A stretch of DNA of 44,651 bases from Octopus sinensis (lineage: Eukaryota), in contig NW_021834862.1 of NCBI RefSeq assembly GCF_006345805.1, positions 1-44,651 of the forward strand. The letters are read 5' to 3'. Position 1 is the stretch's first letter. Each line of letters begins with the position of its first letter. A program made the translations under genes and the position numbers. The notes under the pieces are model-generated. The model saw only the letters and a list, made by a program, of their open reading frames with translations. It was not told the DNA's origin and made no database searches. This document shows positions 24,425 through 35,467 of the stretch, in pieces.

Positions 24425-25016
24425 TAATTCCTGCTTCCTTTACTTTACCGCCATCATTCAAAGATGCTTCTTGCTTAATTATGGAAACATTATTGATATG
24501 TTTGGTCATGTCTGTGTGGTATTGACTTTGTTATGTTATAGGTGTTCTTGTTTCTGATATAACTTATGTTCTTTCTTCTCATGTTGTGTTATATTTATAT
24601 ATACAATACTCTTTCTTATGGCCACATGGTCGCCTTTATCAAGCCAATTATATAGATAGGTTCTTGTTGGTTTGTTCTTCCTATATTTAACTTTTCTACT
24701 GAATATATTGTGATATTTGTGATTGACAAGTATATATTTACTCATTAATAAGCTTGATGTTAATCAATACGGTTTGTCCTGCTCAATGTAATGACAATAT
24801 ATTTAGAGGGTGTCTCAGTGTTGAAAATAAAGTAAAAACATAAAAATAGAAAATGGACTCAATTAAAGATTATGTAGGAACTCAATACTTTGTAATTGCT
24901 TTAATTAGTGGATAAACAAGCTATGAGTAAATTTAGATGAACTTTTGTGTAATTAGGGGCATTTGTTTTGAATATTTCTGTAATATTGTCATCATTTTAT
25001 ATTTCATCATTTGTAG

Positions 25017-25192
25017 TGCTGTACTGCCCTTAACCTGAAAAAGAAGGAAATACTCTCTGGTATAGTGGTTGCGAGATATCTCGCCAGCCAGGGAGCGGAC
25101 TTTCACCATAAAAACAACAACAATAACACACCATTGGACCTCATTAAGGACCCAAATTTGAGAAGAAAATTAGAAGCATTTTTACCACCACA
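25017..25192 (+). CDS. Ankyrin/RING gene exon (CCTALNLKKKE...YLASQGADFHHKNNNNNTPLDLIKD...FLPP)
   Basis: TTTGTAG acceptor ending 25016 and GTAAGT donor at 25193. Open frame with a terminal ankyrin-like GAD...TPLDL motif. Phase 0 to 2. Confidence 0.9.
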
Positions 25193-26051
25193 GTAAGTAT
25201 TTCCTGGCAATGGAACAGATAAACCAGTACATTTTCTATTTTGTATATAATCATGTTTATATGTTTATTTCGTTTTAATTCTACCAATACGTTATACTGT
25301 CGCTAGTGTTTTTGTCAAAGGCCACACATAAACAATATGCAGTTCTCAGGAGATCAAAGAAAGAACACGATTTTGATTACATTCACATGATTCGTAGTGT
25401 TGCCAGTTATACTTCACTGTCCATCACCACCTACCCCTCTTCGTTCCCTATTTTAAAGATTTGTGATCAATAGGAAAATATAGATCTAAATAATGAAGTG
25501 AATGAATTCCATTTTGAAACTGTTACTTAGAATTAAGTGGAATTTATCTGTCTACCAACATCTTTTTCTCACTCTTCTAAGTCCGAATCAGTCAATATTA
25601 CGAATGATTTCATAGAAAAAAACCTACAAACACACACCAACAGTGTATATATTATATTTCTGCAAATACTGATGGAATATTGCCACATATCTTCATAGAA
25701 AAAAAAAGCTGTCAGGAAACGTAAATAATTCAAGTAACACATATAGCATTACTAGGTGCTTTAGTCGCCTTTGACTCCCTTATTTTATAAGATTTGGCAA
25801 TTTCTTTGCCATACATCTCTCTGTATGAGCTACTTAAGAAGCAGACACATTTGCCCCTCGGTGAATATACAAAACTTTCTTTGTTGAAATTCAGATATTG
25901 TTTATAGATATTGATTTTTGGACTGTATAAATATTGTTCTGCTTTATTCAATTGACACGCTTCAGAAGATTTTATTTGCTTTTACAAATAATCGTTTATG
26001 TGAATGTTTTAATAATAATAATAATAATAATAACGATAATAATAATAATAT

Positions 26052-26480
26052 GTCTACAGAGCGCAGCTGATATTATTGGAAAGGGGCAAAATAAGGGACA
26101 GAAAACTAGAACTACATGCACGATACATATAATAAAGCCTCCCAAAATCATGGTGGAAAATATCTCATCAGCATTGCCCAAATGATGTTGGCATCAGCTT
26201 TAAGATATACCCAAGGCCTGGGCCCCGTATTATCTGCCCACAACATAAATCAAACTCGCATCACATAACAACAATACGGCAAAATTATTTCACCTCAAGT
26301 GGCCCCGCTCCATTTAGCATTACACCAAAATACATTAAAGCAGAAAAAGACACCCATAAAGTTCAAGAAGTATTTGGAAAAATCCTTCAAGAAATCCCGG
26401 ATAAAACTCCAACACCAGGATATGTCCCCGTAAACAGCAACTCTCTCCTCGAGTGGGTCATATTGTCCGCATCCTGATTC
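26052..26480 (+). mobile_element. Degenerate CR1/L2-type LINE 3' fragment
   Basis: Frameshifted peptide GPAPFSITPKYI / FKKYLEK / LQEIPDKTPTPGYVPVNSNSLLEW resembles CR1-group ORF2 C-termini. Confidence 0.55.
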
Positions 26481-26540
26481 GCCCGGTAGTGGGATTACGT
26501 TAAACATGACCTGCGCTAATACTGGCCGAAACCTATCATG

Positions 26541-26586
<46 letters not shown>

Positions 26587-26826
26587 AGATATATCATCAT
26601 CATCATCATCATCGTTTAACATCCGTTTTCCGTGCTAGCACGGGCTGGACGAAAAAATATATAAGTAATATTCGTAGGCACGCCAACATGAGTATCTGTT
26701 CGGATGGACTCTACTGCGAATGTTTAACCCCAAGAGAACACCTCCTCTAGCTAATTAACAATGCAAAGGTGCATCCGATTAATTGCGAGCAGGGAATCGA
26801 ACCCCTACCATCTTATAGCAACAGAA

Positions 26827-26877
26827 CCAGCAGACCAGGTCTGGTTTCGGGCTATTCCTGCCACTCTTCAGTACTGG
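26827..26877 (-). ncRNA. Type I hammerhead ribozyme with complete catalytic core
   Basis: Minus strand reads CCAGUA-CUGAAGA-G(U)GGC AGGAAUA GCCC-GAA-ACCA GACC UGGU-C-UGCUGG. All core nucleotides are present, the triplet is GUC, and stems I, II and III all pair. Confidence 0.85.
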
Positions 26878-27296
26878 ATACCTCATCTGCTAATCTGTGG
26901 AGACAGGATGTATATAATAAAGTATGTGTATATAAAGAAACCTCTGTAGATATATTTGTTCAGAAGAAATGAGTTCGATGTTAGAAGTGAAATATATTTC
27001 TGGAATATATGCAGTTCACTGTGTGTCAACCAATTTCTATGATGTATCAGGGTCAAGACAAACATTTATCAATGTATGTATGCATGTGTGTGTATGTATG
27101 TATGTGTGTGTGTGTGTGAGCATGCCATTTAACTACAAAAATATCTGTATGTATGTAATTGTTTAAAGAAGAGTTTCTGCTCTACTCTTGGTAGTTACTG
27201 ATGTATCTTATAATATTCTCTATTCCGAACATGTAAATAATATAATATTTATTATAAATGAATGTTATTGATTGGATGTTTCTGTTTTGTCCACAG

Positions 27297-27436
27297 ATGT
27301 TTGTTGTGCAGAAATAAAGAGGCCACAACAAAAGTTCATCCCTGTGAACACCTTCTGACATGTGAAGAATGTTCAAACGTTCCACTTAAACGATGCCTGA
27401 GGTGTTTGAAACCTGTAACAAGCAGAGGTCGAGTTG
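27297..27436 (+). CDS. C3HC4 RING-finger exon (CLLC...PCEHLLTCEEC...CLRC)
   Basis: GTCCACAG acceptor ending 27296 and GTAAG donor at 27437. Spacing C-x2-C-x11-C-x-H-x3-C-x2-C-x7-C-x2-C as in MIB/IAP-type RINGs. Phase 2 to 1. Confidence 0.93.
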
Positions 27437-28515
27437 GTAAGAATATTCTTTGCTGATCTGTCTGTTTGTCCTGCTTGTCCCATTGCCCTTATTGTGTAGA
27501 ATAATATACTTCATGTTGTTATGTAGACAGAGGTCTGCCATAATCTGGCAGATTTATGATAAAAGGTGTTCCTAGTGTCTGTTCTCTGTAATAGTATATC
27601 TCTCACACTACATCCACTAAACATTGATTTTATCCAAGTAGGAAACATGTCACACTTCAAGAGGGTTGTAGTCTGCAACATAAAAATAATGGAGGATTCT
27701 GCAAGATACTTAGTGAGTAACTGAAGTATCAATAAATCTCCATCAACTCTATAATTAATTATGAGTTATTAGAAGATAATTAAATACAACAGTACTTACA
27801 AGGACATCAGTGTCATCTTTGGTAAAGTATTAAAATTAGTAGAATATTTTAAAGGAGTAAAATTATATGTCACTAGTTTGAGAGACTTTAACACACAATT
27901 CCATGTTGTTATGTTTGTAATTGGAGGATATTAAGGCTAATAGAGACAGTTTTGTTTGTCAAGCAACCAGATCATGAAACCTTCAAATATATCCTGAATG
28001 AGGTGACATTCTGGTGAACTGTGAAGTTAAAATTAGGGATTATCAGCAACAATGTTTAACAAAAAGATTAGGTGTATGTATTACCTTCTTGAAGTGGTTG
28101 TGACATGTGTTTGTTGTTATATCTTTGATGAATAAATATGTTGACACTGGAATTAAACAGGTTGTTAGTGAAGATCAGGGTTTTGAGAATACATTTAGGG
28201 TCATAGATATAAGCAAGGAAACCAAAACCTACAGATTAACTGTTATTATGTGATATAATTACAGCATTGTTAGATTATGTAGGATATCTTAACAGAAAGA
28301 GGAAATTTACAAAGATCAACTAGAGTCGTATTGGAGCTAAATATTGGCTATTACATGGGTCCACTGTTGAAAGTATAAAAATTGACCAAAAGCATTATGA
28401 TCGCTGGTTGGCCATTGATGATATGAATGTCTCTCAATAATAAAATATAGATTATTAATAAATATGAAGAAATTGTGCTATAAATAACTATAAAACTTGG
28501 AAACACATATTTCAG

Positions 28516-28595
28516 AGAGTCCAAAGTTTGAAGAGAAGGGAATGCAGACTGTGGCAGAGACAGTTGATGAGTTTAAAATTAGAGATCTTAATTAA
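28516..28595 (+). CDS. Diverged exon X0 ((E)SPKFEEKGMQTVAETV); homologous donor reads ATGAGT, so it may read through to TAA
   Basis: TTTCAG acceptor ending 28515 is in phase with the RING exon. The position equivalent to the GT donor (28567) is AT. Read-through gives DEFKIRDLN*. Confidence 0.55.
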
Positions 28596-29270
28596 TTTCT
28601 ATAGATTTTACATTCACCTAAGCTATTTTGCTTATTAGAATGGTGGAGAACAGATCCCATTTCTAATTTCCATTTGAAAGTTTAGCTCTAAAGTAATTGT
28701 ATTAAAAATATTACTGAAATTTCATAAAGTCATGTTTAACATGTTTGGTAAAATGGATAAATTAAAAGCCACAATAGAGTTAATATTGTCTTCTATGGAA
28801 CTATAATTTATGTTTTTTAGGTGTAAACTCGTGAGTTAATAAAATAGTTGTTTGTTTTTCTACTAAGATTTTTCGTAAGTTTTCTGATAGGTTATTCTTG
28901 ATGTTGTTATGTAGCCAGATGTCTGTCGTAATATTTTGTATTTTCTGGGGTTGTGTACCCTCAATGTCTCTGGTTAGAATACATTTTGTAGTTGTAAATT
29001 AGAAAATTCTAATTAAATGTTAACTCTGTATAAGAATATTCATCATGAACTTAATTTTATTAAATGTTAAATTAAATATTGAACCATGAACATCTGTTTA
29101 TATTTAAACAAATTATTGGTGTTTATACAAAATATACAATCAGAAATTGAATTTGACTTGAATACACAAATCCTTCTTTGTAACTATATATAATATACAC
29201 TTATTACATTGTTTGAACAACATTTACCATCCATATAGTCATTCTTTTTCTCACTCTTGTTAGATTTTAG

Positions 29271-29305
29271 ATGATATTAATGCTAAAAGAGGCACGGTTT
29301 TCTGA
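29271..29305 (+). CDS. Candidate terminal exon Y0 ((D)DINAKRGTVF*)
   Basis: Pyrimidine tract plus TTTTAG acceptor ending 29270. Phase-1 entry gives 11 codons then TGA. Confidence 0.5.
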
Positions 29306-29995
29306 GTGTTTCACCCTTTGGTCTTGATTGTTGCGTTCAAATTATTTAATGAAAGATAGTCATTGTTATTTGACCAGGAAATGAATTAATCATTAGTATT
29401 TGGCAGTGGACTTGGTTATATCTTTCTTCGTTTGCTCATGGAACTACCATAATATTAGCTGTGCTGAGACACAATCATATTCATAGTAATGAAGGTTATA
29501 TGTTCTTTACTCAGATTATATACAATCTATATTGATATCTAGTATTGCACCGTCAAGCACAGTGCCATTGTATCACATATATACCCAATTATCATGATAA
29601 TTAATAAGCTATAATTCATTAACTCTCTTACATTTGTATGTATGAAATGTTAACATATTTTGTCATAGGAACATCGTGTACCCTCACATTACATTTTATA
29701 TCTTGTTAGGGATCATGTTGGGGAAGGGTGTATGGAATTTGGCTTGTGGAGATGTTTTTTAGGGGACAGATTGTGTGCGGGTTGGAGGGTATGCATATAA
29801 AGGACATGTCTTTATGGGTGCAGTTTTACTTAATTAGAGAGGAATGTTGATTAGTGAATTCTAGATATGAGAGGACAGTGCCATGCCATAGATTTGGCAG
29901 TTATAAGAAAAGAAAGACAATGCTAAGAGAAAACTGTCATCAAGTGTTAATTAAATGAGATAATTGCAACATTGTTAGAATATTTAATGTGTTTT

Positions 29996-30032
<37 letters not shown>

Positions 30033-30252
30033 GGTGGATTTAGAAATGTTAGTCTGTTTTATTGTGGACATATTGAGCTACTACATGGGACCACTGTAGA
30101 AAGTACAGAAATATTGACCAAAACCATAGTGGTCAACATTTGACCATTAACGACAGGAATTGAATGTCTCACAATAAAAAGATAGAGTTTAATAAAAATA
30201 AAGATAAAGAAATTTTATTATTAAATGTAAAACTTGGAAATATTTATTTCAG

Positions 30253-30330
30253 AGGCTCCAAAGTTTGAAGACAGGTGTGTACAAACAGAGGCTATATGTC
30301 AGGAATTAGGGGCTGCATCTCAGGCAATTG
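30253..30330 (+). CDS. Repeated 78-nt phase 1-1 exon X1 (APKFEDRCVQTEAICQELGAASQAI)
   Basis: TATTTATTTCAG acceptor, GTGAGT donor at 30331, no stop, length divisible by 3. Confidence 0.72.
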
Positions 30331-30582
30331 GTGAGTATAAAATAATAGTTCCCAATTGATTTCTGTAAGGTTTTCTTCCCCCGAGTATATTGTGCTCGAA
30401 AGAATAACTGGAAACAGCTTCCATTCCTATTTTCCAATTGAACGATTATCTGTATAATAATTGAATTAAAGATATCGATTTACTGAGAGTTTATGAAAGA
30501 CCCATTGAGGTTAATGCTGTTGGTAATAATGTTCAAATTAGAAGACACAATAGAGTTAATTTTGTCATTTGGTCACGGAACT

Positions 30583-30994
30583 CATCATCATCATCATCAC
30601 ATCATTATCATTCTCCTCCTCATCATCATCGTTTAACGTCCGTTTTATAGTAGCATGGGTCGGACGATTTCACTGGCAAGGCAGTAGGCTGCGCCAGGCT
30701 CCAATGTGATCTGGCAAGGTTTCCACATATGTATGCCATTCCTAATGCCAACCACTCCGAGAGTGTGGTGGGTGCCTTTTACGTGCCACCGACACAGGAG
30801 CCAGCCGGTGTGGGGGCTGGCATCGACCACATTCGGATGGTGCTTTTTACGTACCACCTGCACAGGGAACCAGTCAGGCGGAATGGTAACAAACCACGCT
30901 TGAATGGTACTTATACGTGTCATCGGCACGGGTGTCAGTCAGGCGGCACTGGCATCGGTCACAACTCCAATTTCCATTTTGATTTCGATCTTGA
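30583..30994 (-). mobile_element. RTE-type LINE 3' tail with (GAT)n end, unit 1; equivalents at 35718-36114, 38166-38555 and 43259-43656
   Basis: (CAT)n followed by TTTAACRTCCGTTT...ATGCCATTCCTAATGCCAACC. Contiguous with recognisable RTE coding sequence in the B units. Confidence 0.7.
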
Positions 30995-31780
30995 ATTGCT
31001 TTTGATTTTTCATTTCTCTTATTGCCTGGTAGACTATGATGAAAACGAGGGGTTTAGGAATGATCCCTAGTGAACTCCTACTTCTATCCGGAATTCTTCA
31101 CTATACTCATTGCCGATCCTCACCTTACTACAGGGCCTCTTCAACTCTTATAATCGCTCGTCAATCCCTAGTTTCCACATTAGCTGTAAAAAGGATTCTA
31201 TTAAATATTCCACTGAAATTTCATAAAATCAAGGTTAACGTGGTTGGTAAAATGGATAAATAAGAAGACATAATAGAGTTAATGATGTCTTTTAGGACAG
31301 AGAACTAAAACATTTCGTTGTTTATTTGTAAACAGGTGAGTTAACGAGAAAGATTTTGTTTCTTTTACTACTAAGGTCTTTCCAAAGTTTTCTCATAGGT
31401 TATTGTTGTTGTTATTGTTATGTAGCCAGATGTCTGTCAGGATACGTTGTTTAGGTACGTACCCTGAATGTCTCATGTCAGAATAACTTTGTTATAAATT
31501 AAAGAAATTAAAAATCAAATCTCTAAGTTTGTAAGTATAATGATCATTAACGTTGATTAAATATTAAATTTAGTATTGAACGGTGAACATCTGTGTGCAT
31601 TTAAACAAAACATTGGTGTTGACATAAGATATAAAGATAGGAATTAAATATGAGTTCCCTGTGTGACTTGAACTCACAAATCCTTGTTTGTAACTATATA
31701 TAATATACACTTATTACATTGTTTGAACAACATTTACCATCCATATAGTCATTCTTTTTCTCACACTTGTTAGATTTTAG

Positions 31781-31815
31781 ATGATATTAATGCTAAAAGA
31801 GGCCCAGTTTTCTGA
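31781..31815 (+). CDS. Candidate terminal exon Y1 ((D)DINAKRGPVF*)
   Basis: Same acceptor context and TGA as Y0. Confidence 0.45.
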
Positions 31816-32731
31816 ATGTTTCACCCTTTGGTCTTGATTGTTGCGTTCAAATTATTTAATGAAAGATAGTCATTGTTATTTGACCAGGAAATGAATTAAT
31901 CATTAGTATTTGGCAGTGGACTTGGTTATATCTTTCTTCGTTTGCTCATGGAACTACCATAATATTAGCTGTGCTGAGACACAATCATATTCATAGTAAT
32001 GAAGGCTATATGTTCTTTACTCAGATTATATACAATCTATATTGATATCTAGTATTGCACCGTCAAGCACAGTGCCATTGTATCACATATATACCCAATT
32101 ATCATGATAACTAATAAGCTATAATTCATTAACTCTCTTACATTTGTATGTATGAAATGTAAATTTTATTTTCATAGGGATCGTGTACCCTCACCTAACA
32201 TCTTATATTTGTAGGGATCATGTTGTGGAGATGATTTTCAGGGGACAGATTGTCTGTGGGATGGAGCGTATGCACATAAAGGACATCTTTATGACCTCCG
32301 TTTTACTTAATTAGAGAGAATGTTGATTAGTGAATTCTAGAGATGAGAGGACTGTGCCATGCCATAGATTTGGCACAGTTATAAGAAAAGAAAGACAATG
32401 CTAAGAGAAAACTCTTATCAAGTGTTAATTAAATGAGATAATTGCAACATTGTTAGAATATTTAATGTGTTTTTAAAGAGAGAGGGAGAGAGAGAGAGAG
32501 ACAGAAGTGAGGGTGGATTTAGAAATGTTAGTCTCTTTTATTGTGGACATATTGGGCTATTACATGGGACCACTGTAGAAAGTACAGAAATATTGACCAA
32601 AACCATAGTGGTCAACATTTGACCATTAACGACAGAAATTGAATGTCTCACAATAACAAGATAGAGTTTAATAAAAATAAAGATAAAGAAAGTTTCTTTT
32701 TAAATTTAAGACTTGGAAATATTTATTTCAG

Positions 32732-32809
32732 GGGCTCTAAAGTGTGAGGACAGGTGTGTACAAACAGAGGCTACATGTCTGGAATTAGGGGCTGCATCTC
32801 AGGCAATAG
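32732..32809 (+). CDS. Repeated exon X2 (ALKCEDRCVQTEATCLELGAASQAI)
   Basis: Intact AG and GTGAGT, 78 nt, open frame. Confidence 0.68.
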
Positions 32810-33061
32810 GTGAGTATAAAATAATAGTTCCCAATTGATTTCTGTAAGGTTTTCTTCCCCCGAGTATATTGTGCTTGAAAGAATAACTGAAAACAGCTTC
32901 CATTCCTATTTTCCAATTGAACGATTATCTGTATAATAATTGAATTAAAGATATCGATTTACTGAGAGTTTATGAAATACCCATTGAGGTTAATGCTGTT
33001 GGTAATAATGTTCAAATTAGAAGACACAATAGAGTTAATTTTGTCATTTGGTCACAGAACT

Positions 33062-33905
33062 CATCATCATCATCATCATCATCATCATTATCATTTAACA
33101 TCCGTTTCTTATGGCGGCATGGGTCGGACGATTTCACTGGCAAGGCAGTAGGCTGCGTCAGGCTGCAATGTGATCTGGCAAGGTTTCCACATATGTATGC
33201 CATTCCTAACGCCAACCACTCCGAGAGTGTGGTGGGTGCTTTTTACGTGCCACCGACACAGGAGCCAGTTGAAGTTGGGGCTGGCATCGACGACGTTCGG
33301 AAGGTGCTTTTTACGTGCCACTTGCACAGGGAACCAGTCAGGCGGCACTGGCAACAAACAATGTTTGAATGGTACTTATTACGTGCCACCGGCATGGGTG
33401 CCAGCCAGGCGGCACTGGCATCGGCCGTAATTACAATTTCCATTTTGATTTCGATCTTGATTTGATTTTGATTTGTGATTTCTGGTTTTTGGTTTTACTT
33501 GACTCAGAAATTCTTCTCAAGCGCAACTTATCACTCTGTGATTCAAGGGTACTTTTAAAAAGGGCTGGTTATGCAACACTGGTATATGCTACAGCTCTGA
33601 TCTCACTTCACTTGCCGGGTCCTCTTAATCACGTCATATTTACAGAGGTCCCTGTCTCTTGCCATTACCTCTGTGAGGCCCAACATTCGAAGGTCGTTTC
33701 ACCACGTCATCCCCTGTCTTCCTGGGTCACTCCTTTGCACGGGTTCCTTCCACTGTTAGGGTGTAACACTTCTTCCCACAGCTCTCCTCATCCATACACA
33801 TGACCATACCAGTGCAGTTGTCTCTCTTGTACACCACATCTGATGCTCTTATGTCTAACACTTCTCTCCGGCCTCTTCACTCTGCCTTGTGTACACACTG
33901 ACATC
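33062..33905 (-). mobile_element. Longer RTE-type LINE 3' fragment, B unit
   Basis: The minus strand encodes, with frameshifts, SIRCGVQERQLHWYGHV / MDEESCGKKCYTLTVEG / DLRMLGLTEVMARDRDL, followed by a 3'UTR and (GAT)n tail. Confidence 0.75.
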
Positions 33906-34155
33906 GTTGCGTTCAAATTATTTAATGGAAGTTAGTCATTGTTATTTGACCAGGAAATGAATTAATCATTAGTATTTGGCAGTGGACTTGGTTATATCTT
34001 TCTTCGTTTGCTCATGGAACTACCATAATATTAGCTGTGCTGAGACACAATCATATTCATTGTAATGAAGGCTATATGTTCTTTACTCAGATTATATACA
34101 ATCTATATTGATATCTAGTATTGCACCGTCAAGCACTGTGCCATTGTATCACATA

Positions 34156-34725
34156 CACTTGCGTCGGCAATTAATTAGCACGTCTCAAATTTCTACATTT
34201 TCTTACATTTTCTTAATTTAATTAACTTATTATCAGAAACGAACTCGTTTTTAATCAAAAATTTATTAAAACATATCCCAGCACACCACATAATTGATAT
34301 TAATCGTGAAATTTAGTCAATATCTTGTTGCTCCTCCTTTGGCAGCAATGACAGCTGCTACGCGGGTCGGCATGCTGTCTATGAGTGCCTGCAGGTACTG
34401 TGCAGGGATGGCCCCTCATGCAGCAAGAAGTGCCCCAAACAGCTCGTGTCGGTTCCTGTATTGCTGCACATTCAAATCCCTACCCAATCGACTCCAGAGG
34501 TTCTCAATAGGGTTCAGGTCAGGTGACTGGCCAGCACGTACTCCTCGCCACCAAAGAGGTATCCCGTACTATCTCAACGTACTTTGCTGCGTTGATGTTG
34601 CCTTCGACGGCATAGAGCCGCCCAACACAACTGTAGCTGAACGCCCCTCACACCATCAGACCACCCCCACCATGCTTCATGGTGAGCAAATCAAGGGTGG
34701 TGCTAATTAATTTCTGACGGTAGTG
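34156..34725 (-). mobile_element. Internally deleted Tc1-family DNA transposon with TIRs and TA target duplication
   Basis: 26-bp imperfect TIRs at 34156-34181 and 34700-34725, flanked by TA. The minus strand reads QSPDLNPIENLW...SMPTRVAAVIAAKGGATRY* with one internal TGA. The empty site is present in A units. Confidence 0.92.
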
Positions 34726-35118
34726 TATATACCCAATTATCATGATAATTAATAAGCTATAATTCATTAACTCTCTTACATTTGTATGTCTGAAATGTAA
34801 ACTTATTTTGTCATAGGAACATCGTGTACCCTCACCTTACATTTTACAACTTGTTAGGGATCATGTTGTGGAGATGATTTTCAGAGGACAGATTGTGTGC
34901 GGGGTGGAGGGTATGCACATAAAGGACAGTCTTTATGACCTCAGTTTTACTTAATTAGAGAGGAATGTTGATTAGTGAATTCTAGAGATGAGAGGACAGT
35001 GCCATGCCATAGATTTGGCATAGTTATAAGAAAAGAAAGACAAAGCTAAGAGAAAACTCTTATCAAGTGTTAATTAAATGAGATAATTAGTACGTTGTTA
35101 GAATATTTAATGTGTTTC

Positions 35119-35172
<54 letters not shown>

Positions 35173-35389
35173 GAATTTAGGAATGTTAGTCTGTTTTATT
35201 GTGGACATATTGGGCTATTACATGGGACCACTGTAGAAAGTACAGAAATATTGACCAAAACCATAGTGGTCAACATTTGACCAGTAACGACAGGAATTGA
35301 ATGTCTCACAATAACAAGATAGAGTTTAATAAAAATAAAGATAAAGAAAGTTTCTTTTTAAATGTAAAACTTGGAAATATTTATTTCAG

Positions 35390-35467
35390 GGGCTCCAAAG
35401 TTTGAAGACAGGTGTGTACAAACAGAGGCTACATGTCAGGAATTAGGGGCTGCATCTCAGGCAATTG
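35390..35467 (+). CDS. Repeated exon X3 (APKFEDRCVQTEATCQELGAASQAI)
   Basis: Intact AG and GTGAGT, 78 nt, open frame. Confidence 0.68.

Noticed and set aside
938-27436. Assigning the symbol MIB2
   Set aside because: Only one RING and divergent ankyrins are visible, and the N-terminal MZM/REP domains are not in the window, so orthology is not shown.
31033-31070. Candidate exon DYDENEGFRNDP
   Set aside because: The AG acceptor exists only in unit 1 (GG in the others) and the frame runs straight into a stop.
31296-31335. 40-nt candidate exon with a strong CAG|GTGAGT donor in A units
   Set aside because: Weak acceptor, not phase-symmetric and not conserved in unit 0. It cannot be supported without RNA data.
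34294-34710. 138-aa + strand ORF (and 41847-42191)
   Set aside because: It is the antisense frame of the Tc1 transposase remnant.
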